A DNA stretch of 64,000 nucleotides, from NCBI RefSeq assembly GCF_944321625.1, contig NZ_CALUMA010000117.1, positions 6,311-70,310 of the forward strand, written 5' to 3'. The notes beneath the pieces were generated by a model. That model was not told the origin of the DNA and ran no database searches. It saw nothing but the letters and a program-made list of their open reading frames with translations. This document shows positions 1 to 9,869 of the stretch, one piece after another. The DNA comes from an uncultured Slackia sp. Lineage in GTDB: Bacteria; Actinomycetota; Coriobacteriia; Coriobacteriales; Eggerthellaceae. Every line of letters starts with the position of its first letter. Position 1 is the first letter of the stretch. The position numbers were made by a program, and so were the translations under genes.

Positions 1-1074
1 CGTGCGGTTGAGGTTGAGCACCATCTTGTCGGGGTAGGTCTGCAGGCCGTCCAGCATCCACTGCATCTTGCCGAACATATAGTCCAGCGCGATGAAGCTG
101 TCAGCCAGCGCCACGCGCTCGGCTCCGGAGTGGCTGATGTCGCGCTCGAACCACAGCGCCACGTCGTCGAAGCCCACCTGTGCGTTGGCCTTGACCACGC
201 GCGCCAGACCGCACACGCGCTCCGCCGTGATGGGGTTGCGCTTGTGGGGCATGGCCGAAGAGCCCTTCTGGCCCTTCTTGAACGGCTCTTCCGCCTCGAT
301 GACATCGCTCTCCTGCATGAGGCGCACCTGGAGCGCGATGCTCTCGAGCGTGGAGGCAGTCACGGCGAGCGCCGCCATGACCTGGGCGTGGCGATCGCGC
401 GCCAGCACCTGGTTGGACAGCGGGTCGGGCGTGAGGCCCATCTTCTCGCACACGTACTGCTCGATGAACGGGTCGATGCTGGAATAGGTTCCCACCGCGC
501 CGCTGATGGCGCCGGTTGCAGCCACCTCGCGCGCCTGCTGCAGGCGGGTCTGTGCGCGCTTGAGGGCCCACGCCCAGCTGCCGAACTTCATGCCGAACGT
601 CATGGGCTCGGCGTGGATGCCGTGGGTGCGACCCACGCACAGCGCGTCCTGGAATTCGAACGCGCGGCGCTTGCAGGTCTCGCCCAGCTGCTTCACGTCC
701 TCCAGAATGATGTCGAGCGCCTGCGTGATCTGGTACGACAGCGCGGTGTCGCCCAGGTCGGAGGAGGTCATACCGTAGTGCACCCAGCGGGAGGGCTTCT
801 CCTCGCCCTCGGGCACGTCGGCGTCGATGTATTCCTTCATGCAGGTGAGGAAAGCGATGACGTCGTGGTTGGTCACGGCCTCGATCTCGTCGATGCGCTC
901 CACGCGGAAGTCGGCGTGCGCGCGGATCCAGGCGGCCTCTTCTTTGGTGATGCCGCACTGGCCGAGCTCGGCCTGGGCCTCGCACGCCAGAAGCTCGATT
1001 TCCTTCCAAATGGCGAACTTGTTCTCGGGCTCCCAGATATGGCCCATCGCGGGACGCGTGTAACGACCGATCAT
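1..1074 (-). CDS. purB: adenylosuccinate lyase, C-terminal part cut by window edge
   Basis: Own minus-strand translation from ATG (1074-1072): MIGRYTRPAMGHIWEPENKF...GAVGTYSSIDP...KGQKGSSAMPHKRNPI (fumarate-lyase signature). The frame stays open to base 1, so it is absent from the ORF track. Track ORFs 101-1156(-) and 130-1533(+) are off-frame. Confidence 0.9.
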   Translation of the reverse strand, partial: MIGRYTRPAMGHIWEPENKFAIWKEIELLACEAQAELGQCGITKEEAAWIRAHADFRVERIDEIEAVTNHDVIAFLTCMKEYIDADVPEGEEKPSRWVHYGMTSSDLGDTALSYQITQALDIILEDVKQLGETCKRRAFEFQDALCVGRTHGIHAEPMTFGMKFGSWAWALKRAQTRLQQAREVAATGAISGAVGTYSSIDPFIEQYVCEKMGLTPDPLSNQVLARDRHAQVMAALAVTASTLESIALQVRLMQESDVIEAEEPFKKGQKGSSAMPHKRNPITAERVCGLARVVKANAQVGFDDVALWFERDISHSGAERVALADSFIALDYMFGKMQWMLDGLQTYPDKMVLNLNRT

Positions 1075-1206
1075 GATCTTCCCTGTCCTTTCCTTCGTTC
1101 TTCCGAACAGCGGAAGAACGCAATAAACGCTGCGATGCCGCAAAGGGTTGGCACACCGCAAAGTTTCAAATCCACAAATCGAATCTTACCGCAAACGCGA
1201 GCGGCT

Positions 1207-1887
1207 CTACAGCGATTTGAAGAGTTCTCGCACGTCCTCCACCACGTCGCGCTCCGCCACGACCACGGCCTTGTCGCCCGGGTACATAATCGAATCGGGC
1301 GTCGCAACCTCCGCCTCGCCCTCTTCCAGGCGGTCGATGGCGGCGATAGAGGAGCCCTCGGGCATGTCCAGGGCGTCCACCGGCACGCCTTCTTCCGGAT
1401 TGAAATGGCGCATGCGGCCAGGCACGCTCATCTCGAACAGCACGATGTCGCCGCGCGAGAGGGCACTTACCACGCCCACGCTGCCCATCAGGGCCTCCTC
1501 CTCGATCATGTTGGCAATCAGCAGGGTCGATGACACGCTCTCGATGCCCACGATGTTGAAGATGCGGCGATTCTTGGGGTTGTTCACGCGAGCGATGCAG
1601 CGCGGCACGTTGAACACACGCGTGGCGATCTCGCACGCCAGCAGGTTGTCGTCGTCACGACCGGTCACGGCAACGAACACGTCCGCATGCCTGATGCCGG
1701 CGTCCTCCTGGAAGTCGGAGTCGGTGCCATCGCCCTGGATGATCAGATACTGGCCCTGGAGCTCAATGGACAGGCGGTCGGCGGTTTCCCGCGTCTGCTC
1801 GATGACGGCCACCTCATGGCCTTGGTCGAGCATGACGGTTGCCAGGTATTCGCCAACCTTGCCGCCGCCCATAATCACAATGTACAT
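1207..1887 (-). CDS. TrkA/KtrA-family K+ transport regulatory protein (RCK domain)
   Basis: MYIVIMGGGKVGEYLA Rossmann GxGxxG at the N-terminus and a TrkA_C-like C-terminal half. In tandem with a paralog. Confidence 0.85.
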   Translation of the reverse strand: MYIVIMGGGKVGEYLATVMLDQGHEVAVIEQTRETADRLSIELQGQYLIIQGDGTDSDFQEDAGIRHADVFVAVTGRDDDNLLACEIATRVFNVPRCIARVNNPKNRRIFNIVGIESVSSTLLIANMIEEEALMGSVGVVSALSRGDIVLFEMSVPGRMRHFNPEEGVPVDALDMPEGSSIAAIDRLEEGEAEVATPDSIMYPGDKAVVVAERDVVEDVRELFKSL

Positions 1888-1992
1888 CGAATCGCTCCTT
1901 TTCTCGCGCTTCGAATGTCCCGCTCGAACACGAGTAGGACCGCCCTCTCGGGCGTCTCATTGGAAACGGAGCATGCCGCCGGCATGCTCACC

Positions 1993-2649
1993 CTATTGCA
2001 TGAACTTCGAAAACTCGCCCAGCAGGTCGTGGCGGATGCAGGCCACCACGCCGTCGCCGTGGTAGAGCACCGAGTCGCGCGAGGGAATGGAGCTCGCGCT
2101 GCCGTCGCGCCGCTCAAACGCCACGATGCGGATGTCATGGCTGCGCTCCAGATCGGCGACCTTCATCTGCTTAAGGCCCGTGCCCTCGAGGTTGAACGAG
2201 AAGCGCAGAATCTCGAATTCGCCGAAGGAGTCCAGATGGCTTCCATGGCCGGACATGACCTTGGAAAACACTTCCTCGGCGACGAGCGACGTGCCGCATA
2301 CGTAGTCCAGGCCCAGCTGCATGTGGGCGCGCTCGCGGGCGGGATTGTACAGGCGCACGATGACGTGGGGCACGTGGAAAATGCGCCGCGCGGTTTCGGC
2401 GACCATGAAGTTGGCGCTGTCGGACGACGTGACGGCCGCCACGACGTCGGCCTCTTCGACGCCGGCACGCACCAGCACGCCCTCGTCAAAGCCCTCGCCC
2501 TGCAGCGTGGTGCCATTGAAGTTGCGGCTGAGGTTGGACAGCGCCTCCGCCTTGCGGTCCACCACGCATACGTTGGCGTTGTTCTCGGACAGCATGGTGG
2601 CAAGCTGCGATCCAACGCGACCGCACCCTACGATGATGACATTGGCCAC
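1993..2649 (-). CDS. TrkA/KtrA-family K+ transport regulatory protein (RCK domain)
   Basis: MANVIIVGCGRVGSQLA Rossmann motif and a TrkA_C-like C-terminus. Tandem paralog of 1207-1887. Confidence 0.85.
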   Translation of the reverse strand: MANVIIVGCGRVGSQLATMLSENNANVCVVDRKAEALSNLSRNFNGTTLQGEGFDEGVLVRAGVEEADVVAAVTSSDSANFMVAETARRIFHVPHVIVRLYNPARERAHMQLGLDYVCGTSLVAEEVFSKVMSGHGSHLDSFGEFEILRFSFNLEGTGLKQMKVADLERSHDIRIVAFERRDGSASSIPSRDSVLYHGDGVVACIRHDLLGEFSKFMQ

Positions 2650-2766
2650 GGCGTTTTCCTCCTTGTCGGGCTTGCGCCCCTACCTGAAATGAAAAGATGC
2701 GCCTAGGCGCATCTTACAGGAATCTATAGCCTTGCGGCGCGGTTCGCATCGGTTTGCGGCACACGC

Positions 2767-3498
2767 CTACAGGAATTTGTAGTACACGTCGCGCACGCCC
2801 CAGTCGTGCACGTCGGTCGCCCCGAAGAGCTTCCACACGCCGGGCGCCAGGTCGAGCGCACGGCCGTAGCCGGCAAACCCGCCCGTATCGGTGACGGTGG
2901 CCACCACGATGGCCTCGCCGTAGCGAATGGCAACAGCATGGCCGATCAGGTGGGACTGCGACTGCGGCACGGCGACGGTCAGGCCGTAATCGGTCAGGGG
3001 CACGCCCGATGCCGTGACGTCGGTGCCGAAGTTGCCCTTGCCGTCGTCGTTGTCGGCGAAGCTGTATGCCGAGGCGGAGCCAACCGACCAGCCGTCATCC
3101 TCATCGGGGATGATGTGCGGCGCGGTGGGCAGCGGGTCGGTGGTGCCCAGCTTCATAGCGGCGTCGACGGTGTTCGGGTTGGTCTCGTCATACGCGGTGA
3201 TGACGATGACCGGATCGGGGTCTTTAACGGTGATGGTGCGCGTAGATGCGGAAGTGAGCGTATTGGTGTCGGACGCGATGGGCGTATCCTTAGCGGGCTG
3301 CGCCGAAGCGTCGTCCTCGGTCACGCTACGCTGCAGGCTTCCGATGCCCACCGTGGTGCTATCGACGTCATGAGACGCGACAGCCGGCTGCAGCATGAAC
3401 GCTGAAGCCGCCACAGCGAGCGCGACGAGCGAAAACGCGCCTGCCACGAAGGGCAGAACGCGGCGCTTGCGCCCAGTATGAGATGCCTTGCGAGCCAA
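2767..3498 (-). CDS. secreted protein with C-terminal RlpA/3D-like double-psi beta-barrel (cell-wall associated)
   Basis: TTG start just behind GGAGGA. N-terminal signal/TM (VLPFVAGAFSLVALAVAASAF). The C-terminus VVATVTDTGGFAGYGRALDLAPGVWKLFG resembles DPBB/3D lytic-transglycosylase-like domains. Confidence 0.6.
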   Translation of the reverse strand: MARKASHTGRKRRVLPFVAGAFSLVALAVAASAFMLQPAVASHDVDSTTVGIGSLQRSVTEDDASAQPAKDTPIASDTNTLTSASTRTITVKDPDPVIVITAYDETNPNTVDAAMKLGTTDPLPTAPHIIPDEDDGWSVGSASAYSFADNDDGKGNFGTDVTASGVPLTDYGLTVAVPQSQSHLIGHAVAIRYGEAIVVATVTDTGGFAGYGRALDLAPGVWKLFGATDVHDWGVRDVYYKFL

Positions 3499-4077
3499 AT
3501 ATCCTCCAAATGCCGTAACGCAATAGACCCCGCCGGAAAAGCGCGGGGCTGACAGCGTGCTGAAGTTGTGGGGTGTGATTGCTGTCGTGCGTTATTGCTT
3601 GTCAAAACTGGGATATTTTACCCCAGAAGTGAGGCAGGAGGCAAACTCTTGACCTCGTGAGCGGCGCCGCGCAAGGCATCGAATACGAGCCGAACAGGTC
3701 TTTCAGTTGTTTGTAAAGTGTGACGGTTTGATGATGAAGAGTGGGCGCGAAACAGATGACCGCGTAAGTTTTGTGGGATCGGATTAAGGCGACGAGTGAA
3801 AATTTCCTGAGACACGGAACGAAATAGCGAGCGGGCACGCGAGGCAAAATCGATGGAGTCAATTAATCTCCAAACCCCCCCGGAATCAGGACGAAACAGC
3901 GAGCGGCAGTCTGACGAGTCGAGTCGCCTTGAACGAGGAGCGAAGCGTACTTCGTACGTGAGCGACAGTAAACAGGCCAGCGGCCTGTTTAGTCCCACGC
4001 TTCCGCGCCCGAGAGGGAGCAGGCCGTCAGGCTGCCGCGCAGCGTCGCAGCGCCTCGCCGAGCAGTTCCGGCGGCCG

Positions 4078-4509
4078 TTAGGCCGACGGAACCAACAGCG
4101 CAATCAGGAAGTAGGCGATGATGGCCGTCGGGGTGAACAGCACCAGGAGGATGACCGCCATGACGCGCACCACGGTGGAATCGATCCCAAAGTAGTACGC
4201 GATGCCGCCGCAGACTCCTAAAAGGCGCTTGTCGGCCCTGCTGCGACGCAGCGATCGCGATGCGCCGCCCTGCGTGAAGCCGGAGAATTTGCCCGTTTTC
4301 ACGCCCCACAACAGGTATGCTCCCGCTGCGACCAGGGCAAGCGGCCAGAGAATTCCCCATATAGTGCGCACGGTGGTACCAAGCATATTCCACACCCAGC
4401 CAGGCAAAACAGCGTTGATCAAGCCCCAAACGCCAAACAGCACCAAGACGATGCCTATGACGATGGCCGCCTGCTGCGGCTTTGTGTGTTTGTTTCCGTA
4501 TTCCGCCAT
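4078..4509 (-). CDS. PspC domain-containing membrane protein
   Basis: C-terminal KRLLGVCGGIAYYFGIDSTVVRVMAVILLV PspC motif preceded by TM helices. Confidence 0.8.
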   Translation of the reverse strand: MAEYGNKHTKPQQAAIVIGIVLVLFGVWGLINAVLPGWVWNMLGTTVRTIWGILWPLALVAAGAYLLWGVKTGKFSGFTQGGASRSLRRSRADKRLLGVCGGIAYYFGIDSTVVRVMAVILLVLFTPTAIIAYFLIALLVPSA

Positions 4510-4521
4510 AGTCGCCCCCCC

Positions 4522-5451
4522 CTAATTCCAAGGGTTCACTTCGAACACATGCGTGCCGAAAAGCGGGGAATACACCGTCAGATGCTCGAGCGATCCCGGC
4601 ACCGCGAACACGGTGGCAGCGCACACGACCATGGCGACGACGCACAGGGCCGCGGCGAGGGCCAGAAGCTCATTGCCCACCGCGCGCGAGATGATGTCGA
4701 TTCCCAACGCGATAAGCAGCAGCGGCCAGAGCTTTTCGAACATAAGAATGATGGTCTGCCACGAAAGCATATGAATCGTGATCAGCAGCAAAAGAATGCC
4801 CAGCGAGAACACCACGATGCCACGGGAAAAACGGCGGATGCGGAACTCGCGGCGCGAAGGCACCACCATCTCGACCAGGCCCGCAAGGATGACCAGGCAC
4901 GGCCACAGCTGCCACCAACTCACCTCGTTGACCATGGAGCTCAGCAAAGCCGCCACGCCGATGAACAGCAGAATCACGCCCGCCCACACAACGACGCGCG
5001 TGGTGCCGCCCATGCCTGCCGCGGCTTCGCGACTCGATGCGTTGCGGGCCCCCGTGGCAGCAACCGCTTCGTAGTAGGCGGCGTAGGGCGCTTGGCTCGC
5101 CTGGCCCGCCTGCTGTGCCGCAGAGGCGGCATAGGCGGCCTGGGCGTCATGGCCCACAGGAGGAATGGGACGCGAACCAGCAGGCGGCGCAGACGGCCCC
5201 GGTTGAGCGCAGGGGTCGACGCGCAGATACGCGTCGCATGAGATGGGGTCGCCCGCGCTCACGCGGCGCGGCATGACCAGCCACAGCAGCACGTACACGA
5301 GCACCACGACACCGAACGACGAGATAGAGAGCAGCACCGCCAGAATGCGCACGATCACAGGATCGATGTCGCAATACTCGGCGATTCCCGCGCATACGCC
5401 CGCGATGACGCCGTCGTCGGAGCGATACAGGCGCTTGACTTCCTTCGCCAT
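4522..5451 (-). CDS. PspC domain-containing membrane protein
   Basis: N-terminal RLYRSDDGVIAGVCAGIAEYCDIDPVIVRILAVLL PspC motif, then a Pro/Ala-rich linker and several TM helices. Confidence 0.8.
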   Translation of the reverse strand: MAKEVKRLYRSDDGVIAGVCAGIAEYCDIDPVIVRILAVLLSISSFGVVVLVYVLLWLVMPRRVSAGDPISCDAYLRVDPCAQPGPSAPPAGSRPIPPVGHDAQAAYAASAAQQAGQASQAPYAAYYEAVAATGARNASSREAAAGMGGTTRVVVWAGVILLFIGVAALLSSMVNEVSWWQLWPCLVILAGLVEMVVPSRREFRIRRFSRGIVVFSLGILLLLITIHMLSWQTIILMFEKLWPLLLIALGIDIISRAVGNELLALAAALCVVAMVVCAATVFAVPGSLEHLTVYSPLFGTHVFEVNPWN

Positions 5452-5620
5452 GCGGGCCTCCTTTCATCATGCGGTCTCCGGCGTCTCGCGCGCGGAGGTC
5501 TTGCGGGGCGTGATTTCGGCAATTTCTGCCGCTAGCCCCACTTCACGTGTTATATAAACGCACAAAAATGGCCGGAAGCGTATCGCCTCCGGCCGTATCG
5601 TCAATCGGTTCGTCCCGGCG

Positions 5621-6478
5621 TTAACGGTCGGTTTCCGCCTCTTCCTGGGAAGCGGCATCAACCTTACGCACGCGCAACGACGATACGCGGCGCCGACGCA
5701 TGCGCTGCACCTTGAACGAATAGCCGTCGGCGGAGAACTCGTCGCCCAGCTGCGGGACGCAATCGAACGTATCCATGAGCCAACCCGCGACCGTTTCGTA
5801 GTCGTCACCGGGCTTCACGGGCCAACCCATTTCTTCGAGCGTTTCGCACGGGCAGGCGCCGTTGACCGCCCATTCGCTGTCCGACACCTGTGTGATGTCG
5901 GCGTCTACGGGGTCGGTCTCGTCCACGATCTCGCCCACGATTTCCTCGACGATATCCTCCGTGGTTATTAAACCAGCAGTTCCACCGTATTCATCCACCA
6001 CAATGGCCATCTGTTGACGATTCGTTTGCATTTCGTTGAGCAGCGACAAAAGGCTTTTGCTCTCAGGCACAAACATGGCCTCGGCCACGTAATCCTTCAC
6101 GCAATCCGATTCGCGGTCGTCCAGGAGCGGATCGATGAGATCCTTGTAGCGCACGACGCCGATGATGGAGTCGTGGTCATCGTGGTAGACCGGCAGACGC
6201 GAATACCCGGTGCCGCGCATACGATCGATGGCCTGACGCACCGTCTCGGTGTCCTCCACCGCGATGATGTCGACGCGGGGGGTCATGACCTCCTCGGCCG
6301 TCGTGTCGCCCAGGTCGAGCACATCGTGAATCATGCGCTTCTCATCGGCATCCAGCTCGACGCTTTCGTCAACCGCCGAGCGGATTTCGTCTTCCTCGGA
6401 CTCGACGCGCTGATCCTTCTTGAACAGGCGATCGACGATCGAGGAGAGGGACGCGGGTTTTCGGGAATCGGGATCCAT
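5621..6478 (-). CDS. CBS-pair + CorC_HlyC domain protein (CorC/TlyC-like Mg/Co efflux factor)
   Basis: EEVMTPRVDIIAVEDTETV...GYSRLPVYHDD CBS pair and a CorC/HlyC-type C-terminus. Start placed at MDPDS behind a GGAAGAG RBS rather than the track start at 6511. Confidence 0.8.
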   Translation of the reverse strand: MDPDSRKPASLSSIVDRLFKKDQRVESEEDEIRSAVDESVELDADEKRMIHDVLDLGDTTAEEVMTPRVDIIAVEDTETVRQAIDRMRGTGYSRLPVYHDDHDSIIGVVRYKDLIDPLLDDRESDCVKDYVAEAMFVPESKSLLSLLNEMQTNRQQMAIVVDEYGGTAGLITTEDIVEEIVGEIVDETDPVDADITQVSDSEWAVNGACPCETLEEMGWPVKPGDDYETVAGWLMDTFDCVPQLGDEFSADGYSFKVQRMRRRRVSSLRVRKVDAASQEEAETDR

Positions 6479-6500
6479 GGGTTTCTCTTCCTTTTCTCTC

Positions 6501-7391
6501 TTACAATACATACAGCACTACCGATAGATACTGCAATATGGATGCTGCCAGCACGAACAGGTGAAACACCGTGTGCATGTACGGCACCTTCTTGAGCACG
6601 TAGAAAATGCATCCGATGCTGTAGCTCACGCCGCCGGCGGCAAGCAGAATCAAGCCGGGAAGCGGCAGCGCAGCGATGAGCGCGGGCAAGAACCACACCA
6701 CGCACCAGCCAAGCGCCAGATAGATGACCGCCGAGATCCATCGCGGACGAAACACCCAGAACGCCTCCATGGCGATGCCCACGATAGCGAGCGCCCACAC
6801 GATTGCGCAAAGGATGATGCCGCCCGAATCAATGAGCGTGACCAGGCAGAACGGGGTATAGCTGCCCGCGATGAACAGGTAGATGCAGCTGTGGTCGATG
6901 ACCTTGAACATCTTTTTGGCACCGGGGTGCGCCAGCGCGTGATAGAGCGTGGAGGCGCAGTATTCCAGCAGCATGCTGATCGAGTAGATGAGCGCTGCCG
7001 CCAATGCGATGCCCCCGCCGTGGTGCGCCACCGCGGCGACGATGGTGGTGGGGATAGCGACGATTGCCAGAATGACGCCCAGGCCGTGGCTGATGGAGTT
7101 GGCCACCTCTTCGCCCAGCGTGTATTCGCGCACGTTCTTGCGCGCCTTCACGCCCTGCTTGGATTGAGGTTCGGGCTTGCGCAGGCGAATGTCTTCGAAC
7201 TGCGAGGGCTGCCAAGGATGGGGGTCGCGTTCGCAAAGCGAGAAAGAGGCGTTGGAGGCGCGCTTCGAGTGTGCGCCTGTCTTGCCGTCCTCGCGGCGCT
7301 GATGTGCGGAATCGCCCGATGAGGCGGTACGTTCTCGAACGGGCGCTTCCTTGGCGCCCGCGATTTCGATGTGTTTCTCAGCTGTAGTCAT
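6501..7391 (-). CDS. hemolysin III / PAQR family membrane protein
   Basis: EEVANSISHGLG...LYHAL...DHSCIYLFIAGSYTPF, with 7 TM helices. Start moved to MTTAEKH (7391). The track N-terminus is Arg/Cys-rich nonsense. Confidence 0.8.
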   Translation of the reverse strand: MTTAEKHIEIAGAKEAPVRERTASSGDSAHQRREDGKTGAHSKRASNASFSLCERDPHPWQPSQFEDIRLRKPEPQSKQGVKARKNVREYTLGEEVANSISHGLGVILAIVAIPTTIVAAVAHHGGGIALAAALIYSISMLLEYCASTLYHALAHPGAKKMFKVIDHSCIYLFIAGSYTPFCLVTLIDSGGIILCAIVWALAIVGIAMEAFWVFRPRWISAVIYLALGWCVVWFLPALIAALPLPGLILLAAGGVSYSIGCIFYVLKKVPYMHTVFHLFVLAASILQYLSVVLYVL

Positions 7392-7654
7392 GCCGGCAAT
7401 TCTAGCACAGCGCCTGCACCGCGCCCGCGGGCAAAAAGCAGCGCAACGCAGCCGTAACCAAAACGCCGCAAAAGCGCATTGGGAGGGGCGGGTGCCCTTC
7501 ATTCTGCAGTTTTTCACCGCCTCACAAAGTAGCCCAGCGTTGTCGCATGCGTTTTACCAGGTCGCAACACCGCGAAAATGCGCTTACTTTCGGAGAGCGA
7601 GAAAAACTGCAGCATGAAGGCTTTCTCTATGTTCTCGTGCCGCACCAGGAGAGC

Positions 7655-7795
7655 AACAGGCGGCGATTCAGTGCAGTTTTTCGCGAGCAACTCAAGCAGC
7701 CAGACGTATGCGCATCTGCGAACTGGCATTATGCTGGAGATTTGGTCAGACTATCTGACTACCTACCAGAAAACTGCACTGAATCGCCGTTTGTT
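7655..7795. repeat. inverted-repeat pair (27-nt arms, about 87-nt spacer)
   Basis: AACAGGCGGCGATTCAGTGCAGTTTTT (7655-7681) versus GAAAACTGCACTGAATCGCCGTTTGTT (7769-7795), 24/27 complementary. Same arm family as 32554-32699. Confidence 0.85.
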
Positions 7796-7931
7796 TCATT
7801 TCCTCACCGCATCAGCGTCTCTCGTCTTGGACGAGTAAAGCCTATTCTGCCTTTCTGAAACGACATGCAGCGTGCTATCCCAGGCTATGCCTGCCACAAA
7901 GCCATTTCGTTATCCCCAACAAAAGCGGCGA

Positions 7932-9869
7932 TCAGAATCCCTGATCGAATGCAAGCAAGGCTTGGTAGCGTTCGTTTTCGCGAGCGAGGCGAGGGGGAGC
8001 TCCGTCGATGGCGATGCGGCCGTTTTCCACGAACACGGCGCGGTCCATGGCGGATACGCCTTGCAGATGGTGCGTGACCATGATGACGGTGCGGCCCTCG
8101 AGCGCCGCGAGCAGTGTGTCGAGCAGCGAGTGCTCGGTGATGGGGTCAAGTCCCACGGTAGGCTCGTCGAGAATCACGATGGGCGCATCCTGCAGCAACA
8201 CGCGTGCGAGCGCGATGCGATGGCGCTCGCCGCCGGAGAAACGCTTGCCCGCCTCGTCCACCATGGTGGCGAGGCCCTGCGGCAGACGCTCGACCATCTC
8301 GCGCAGCCCCACCTGGTCAAGTACGCGCCAGGCGTCTTCCTCGGTGGCTTCGGGATTGCCCACGCGTAGGTTGGCAAGCAGCGTGTCGTTGAACAGGTAG
8401 GTGTTCTGTTGGATGACGCCCACGTAGCGCGGCATCGCGTCGCCGAGAGCTGAGGCGTCCGCGCCGCCGATGGTCACGCGCCCCTCTTGGGGCACCAAGT
8501 CGCCGCGGATGAGCGCCGCGAGCGTCGATTTGCCGGCACCGCTGCGGCCCAGCACGGCAATCTTCTGACCTTGGGGAATCGTCAGGTCGAGCCCGCGCAA
8601 AACCGAGCGGTCGGCGCCGGAATAGGTGAAGGAAACCCCTTGGAGGCGAATATCCAAGGGGGCGGGGGCATGAGAATCGACAGCGCCTTCGCTCCCCCAA
8701 TCGCCTACGGGGTCAGGCAAATCATTCAGTCGCCCGATCGAATCGGCATGCGACACGGCGTCGAGAGCGGCAGCGGGCACCGGCGCGAACGCCTCGATCA
8801 GCGGGAAGAAGCACAGGACGAATGCGGCGATGTAGTTCGCGGCGGAGGTCACATCTGCGGCAGGCGCCCCGCCGAACCGCGCGCCCGCCCACACCAGCAG
8901 CATCGCCGCGATAAGCCCGAACAGCACCTGTCCCGCCATATCGCGCCAATGCGATGCCCGCGATTCGCGGCGCTGCAGATTGCGCAGTCGGTCGTGGGCG
9001 GCGCCGTGGCGTGCCAGATACTCGTCGGAGCGGCCGGAAAACACCCAGTCCGCCACGCCGAGCACGTTGTCGGTGAGCTCGGCATACATCTCGTTCTTCA
9101 TGGCCTTCATGCGCATGCGGCGTGCGCCGCCCGCCGTCACGGCGATCAGCGGCAGAAGCACCATCTGGATGCCCAACAGCACGAACATGCCCACTGCCAC
9201 GAACGGCGAGAACGCCCCCAGCGCGATGGTGGCGATGAGCCACAGAAGCCATGCCGCGACGGTGGGCAGCATGCAGCGCAGGTACATGTTCTGCAGGTGG
9301 GAAAGGTCCTCGGACAGAAGCCCCAGCACGTCGCCGGTGCGCCGCACCGCGCGACTCATGCCCGCCTGGCCCTCGAGCGACTGATACAGCCGCAGGCGCA
9401 GGCTGCTGGTCACGCGCAGGATCCAATCGTGCGACGTCAGGCGCTCGAGGTACTGCAGCACCGGTTTGCCCAAGCCGAACACGCGCACGGCGATGAGCGC
9501 CAGGTGCATCATGAGCACCGACGCCGGAAGCGTGGCCGATCCGCTGATCAGGTAGCCCGACGTGAACATGAGTCCCGCCGCAAACGCATACGCCAAGATG
9601 GAAAGCGCAATGGCGCCCGCCAGCGGTTTCTTATAGCGCGCGAAGAAGGGTCGCACCCACCGGTCGCGCTTGAACGCCTTCCAAGGAGACTGCGACGCGC
9701 TGCGGTTGTCATGCGTGGAGATAGAGGCAGGGGCGGCGGATATCTGCCCATCCATGCATGCCGGCCCGGCGTTGGATGCTTGTTCGGCAGCAAACGCCTG
9801 CCTGGTGCTGGACGCCTGCCCTGCCGCGGAAGCTTTCCCGGCGTTGGATTTCAGCATGTCCTTATTCAT
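7932..9869 (-). CDS. cydC: thiol-reductant ABC exporter subunit CydC (TMD+NBD)
   Basis: Walker A GRSGAGKST, signature FSGGERHRIAL, Walker B VILDEP. Start MNKDM (9869) overlaps the upstream gene's stop by 8 nt. Second gene of the cydDC pair. Confidence 0.8.
   Translation of the reverse strand: MNKDMLKSNAGKASAAGQASSTRQAFAAEQASNAGPACMDGQISAAPASISTHDNRSASQSPWKAFKRDRWVRPFFARYKKPLAGAIALSILAYAFAAGLMFTSGYLISGSATLPASVLMMHLALIAVRVFGLGKPVLQYLERLTSHDWILRVTSSLRLRLYQSLEGQAGMSRAVRRTGDVLGLLSEDLSHLQNMYLRCMLPTVAAWLLWLIATIALGAFSPFVAVGMFVLLGIQMVLLPLIAVTAGGARRMRMKAMKNEMYAELTDNVLGVADWVFSGRSDEYLARHGAAHDRLRNLQRRESRASHWRDMAGQVLFGLIAAMLLVWAGARFGGAPAADVTSAANYIAAFVLCFFPLIEAFAPVPAAALDAVSHADSIGRLNDLPDPVGDWGSEGAVDSHAPAPLDIRLQGVSFTYSGADRSVLRGLDLTIPQGQKIAVLGRSGAGKSTLAALIRGDLVPQEGRVTIGGADASALGDAMPRYVGVIQQNTYLFNDTLLANLRVGNPEATEEDAWRVLDQVGLREMVERLPQGLATMVDEAGKRFSGGERHRIALARVLLQDAPIVILDEPTVGLDPITEHSLLDTLLAALEGRTVIMVTHHLQGVSAMDRAVFVENGRIAIDGAPPRLARENERYQALLAFDQGF

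Noticed and set aside
3840-3960. Possible SRP (4.5S) RNA or c-di-AMP riboswitch fragments (CCCGGAATCAGGACGAAACAGC...GGCAGTCTGACGAG).
   Set aside because: The resemblance to the conserved SRP domain IV (GGUCCGGAAGGAAGCAGC) and to ydaO motifs is only superficial. The invariant stretches are not present, so I make no call without a covariance-model search.
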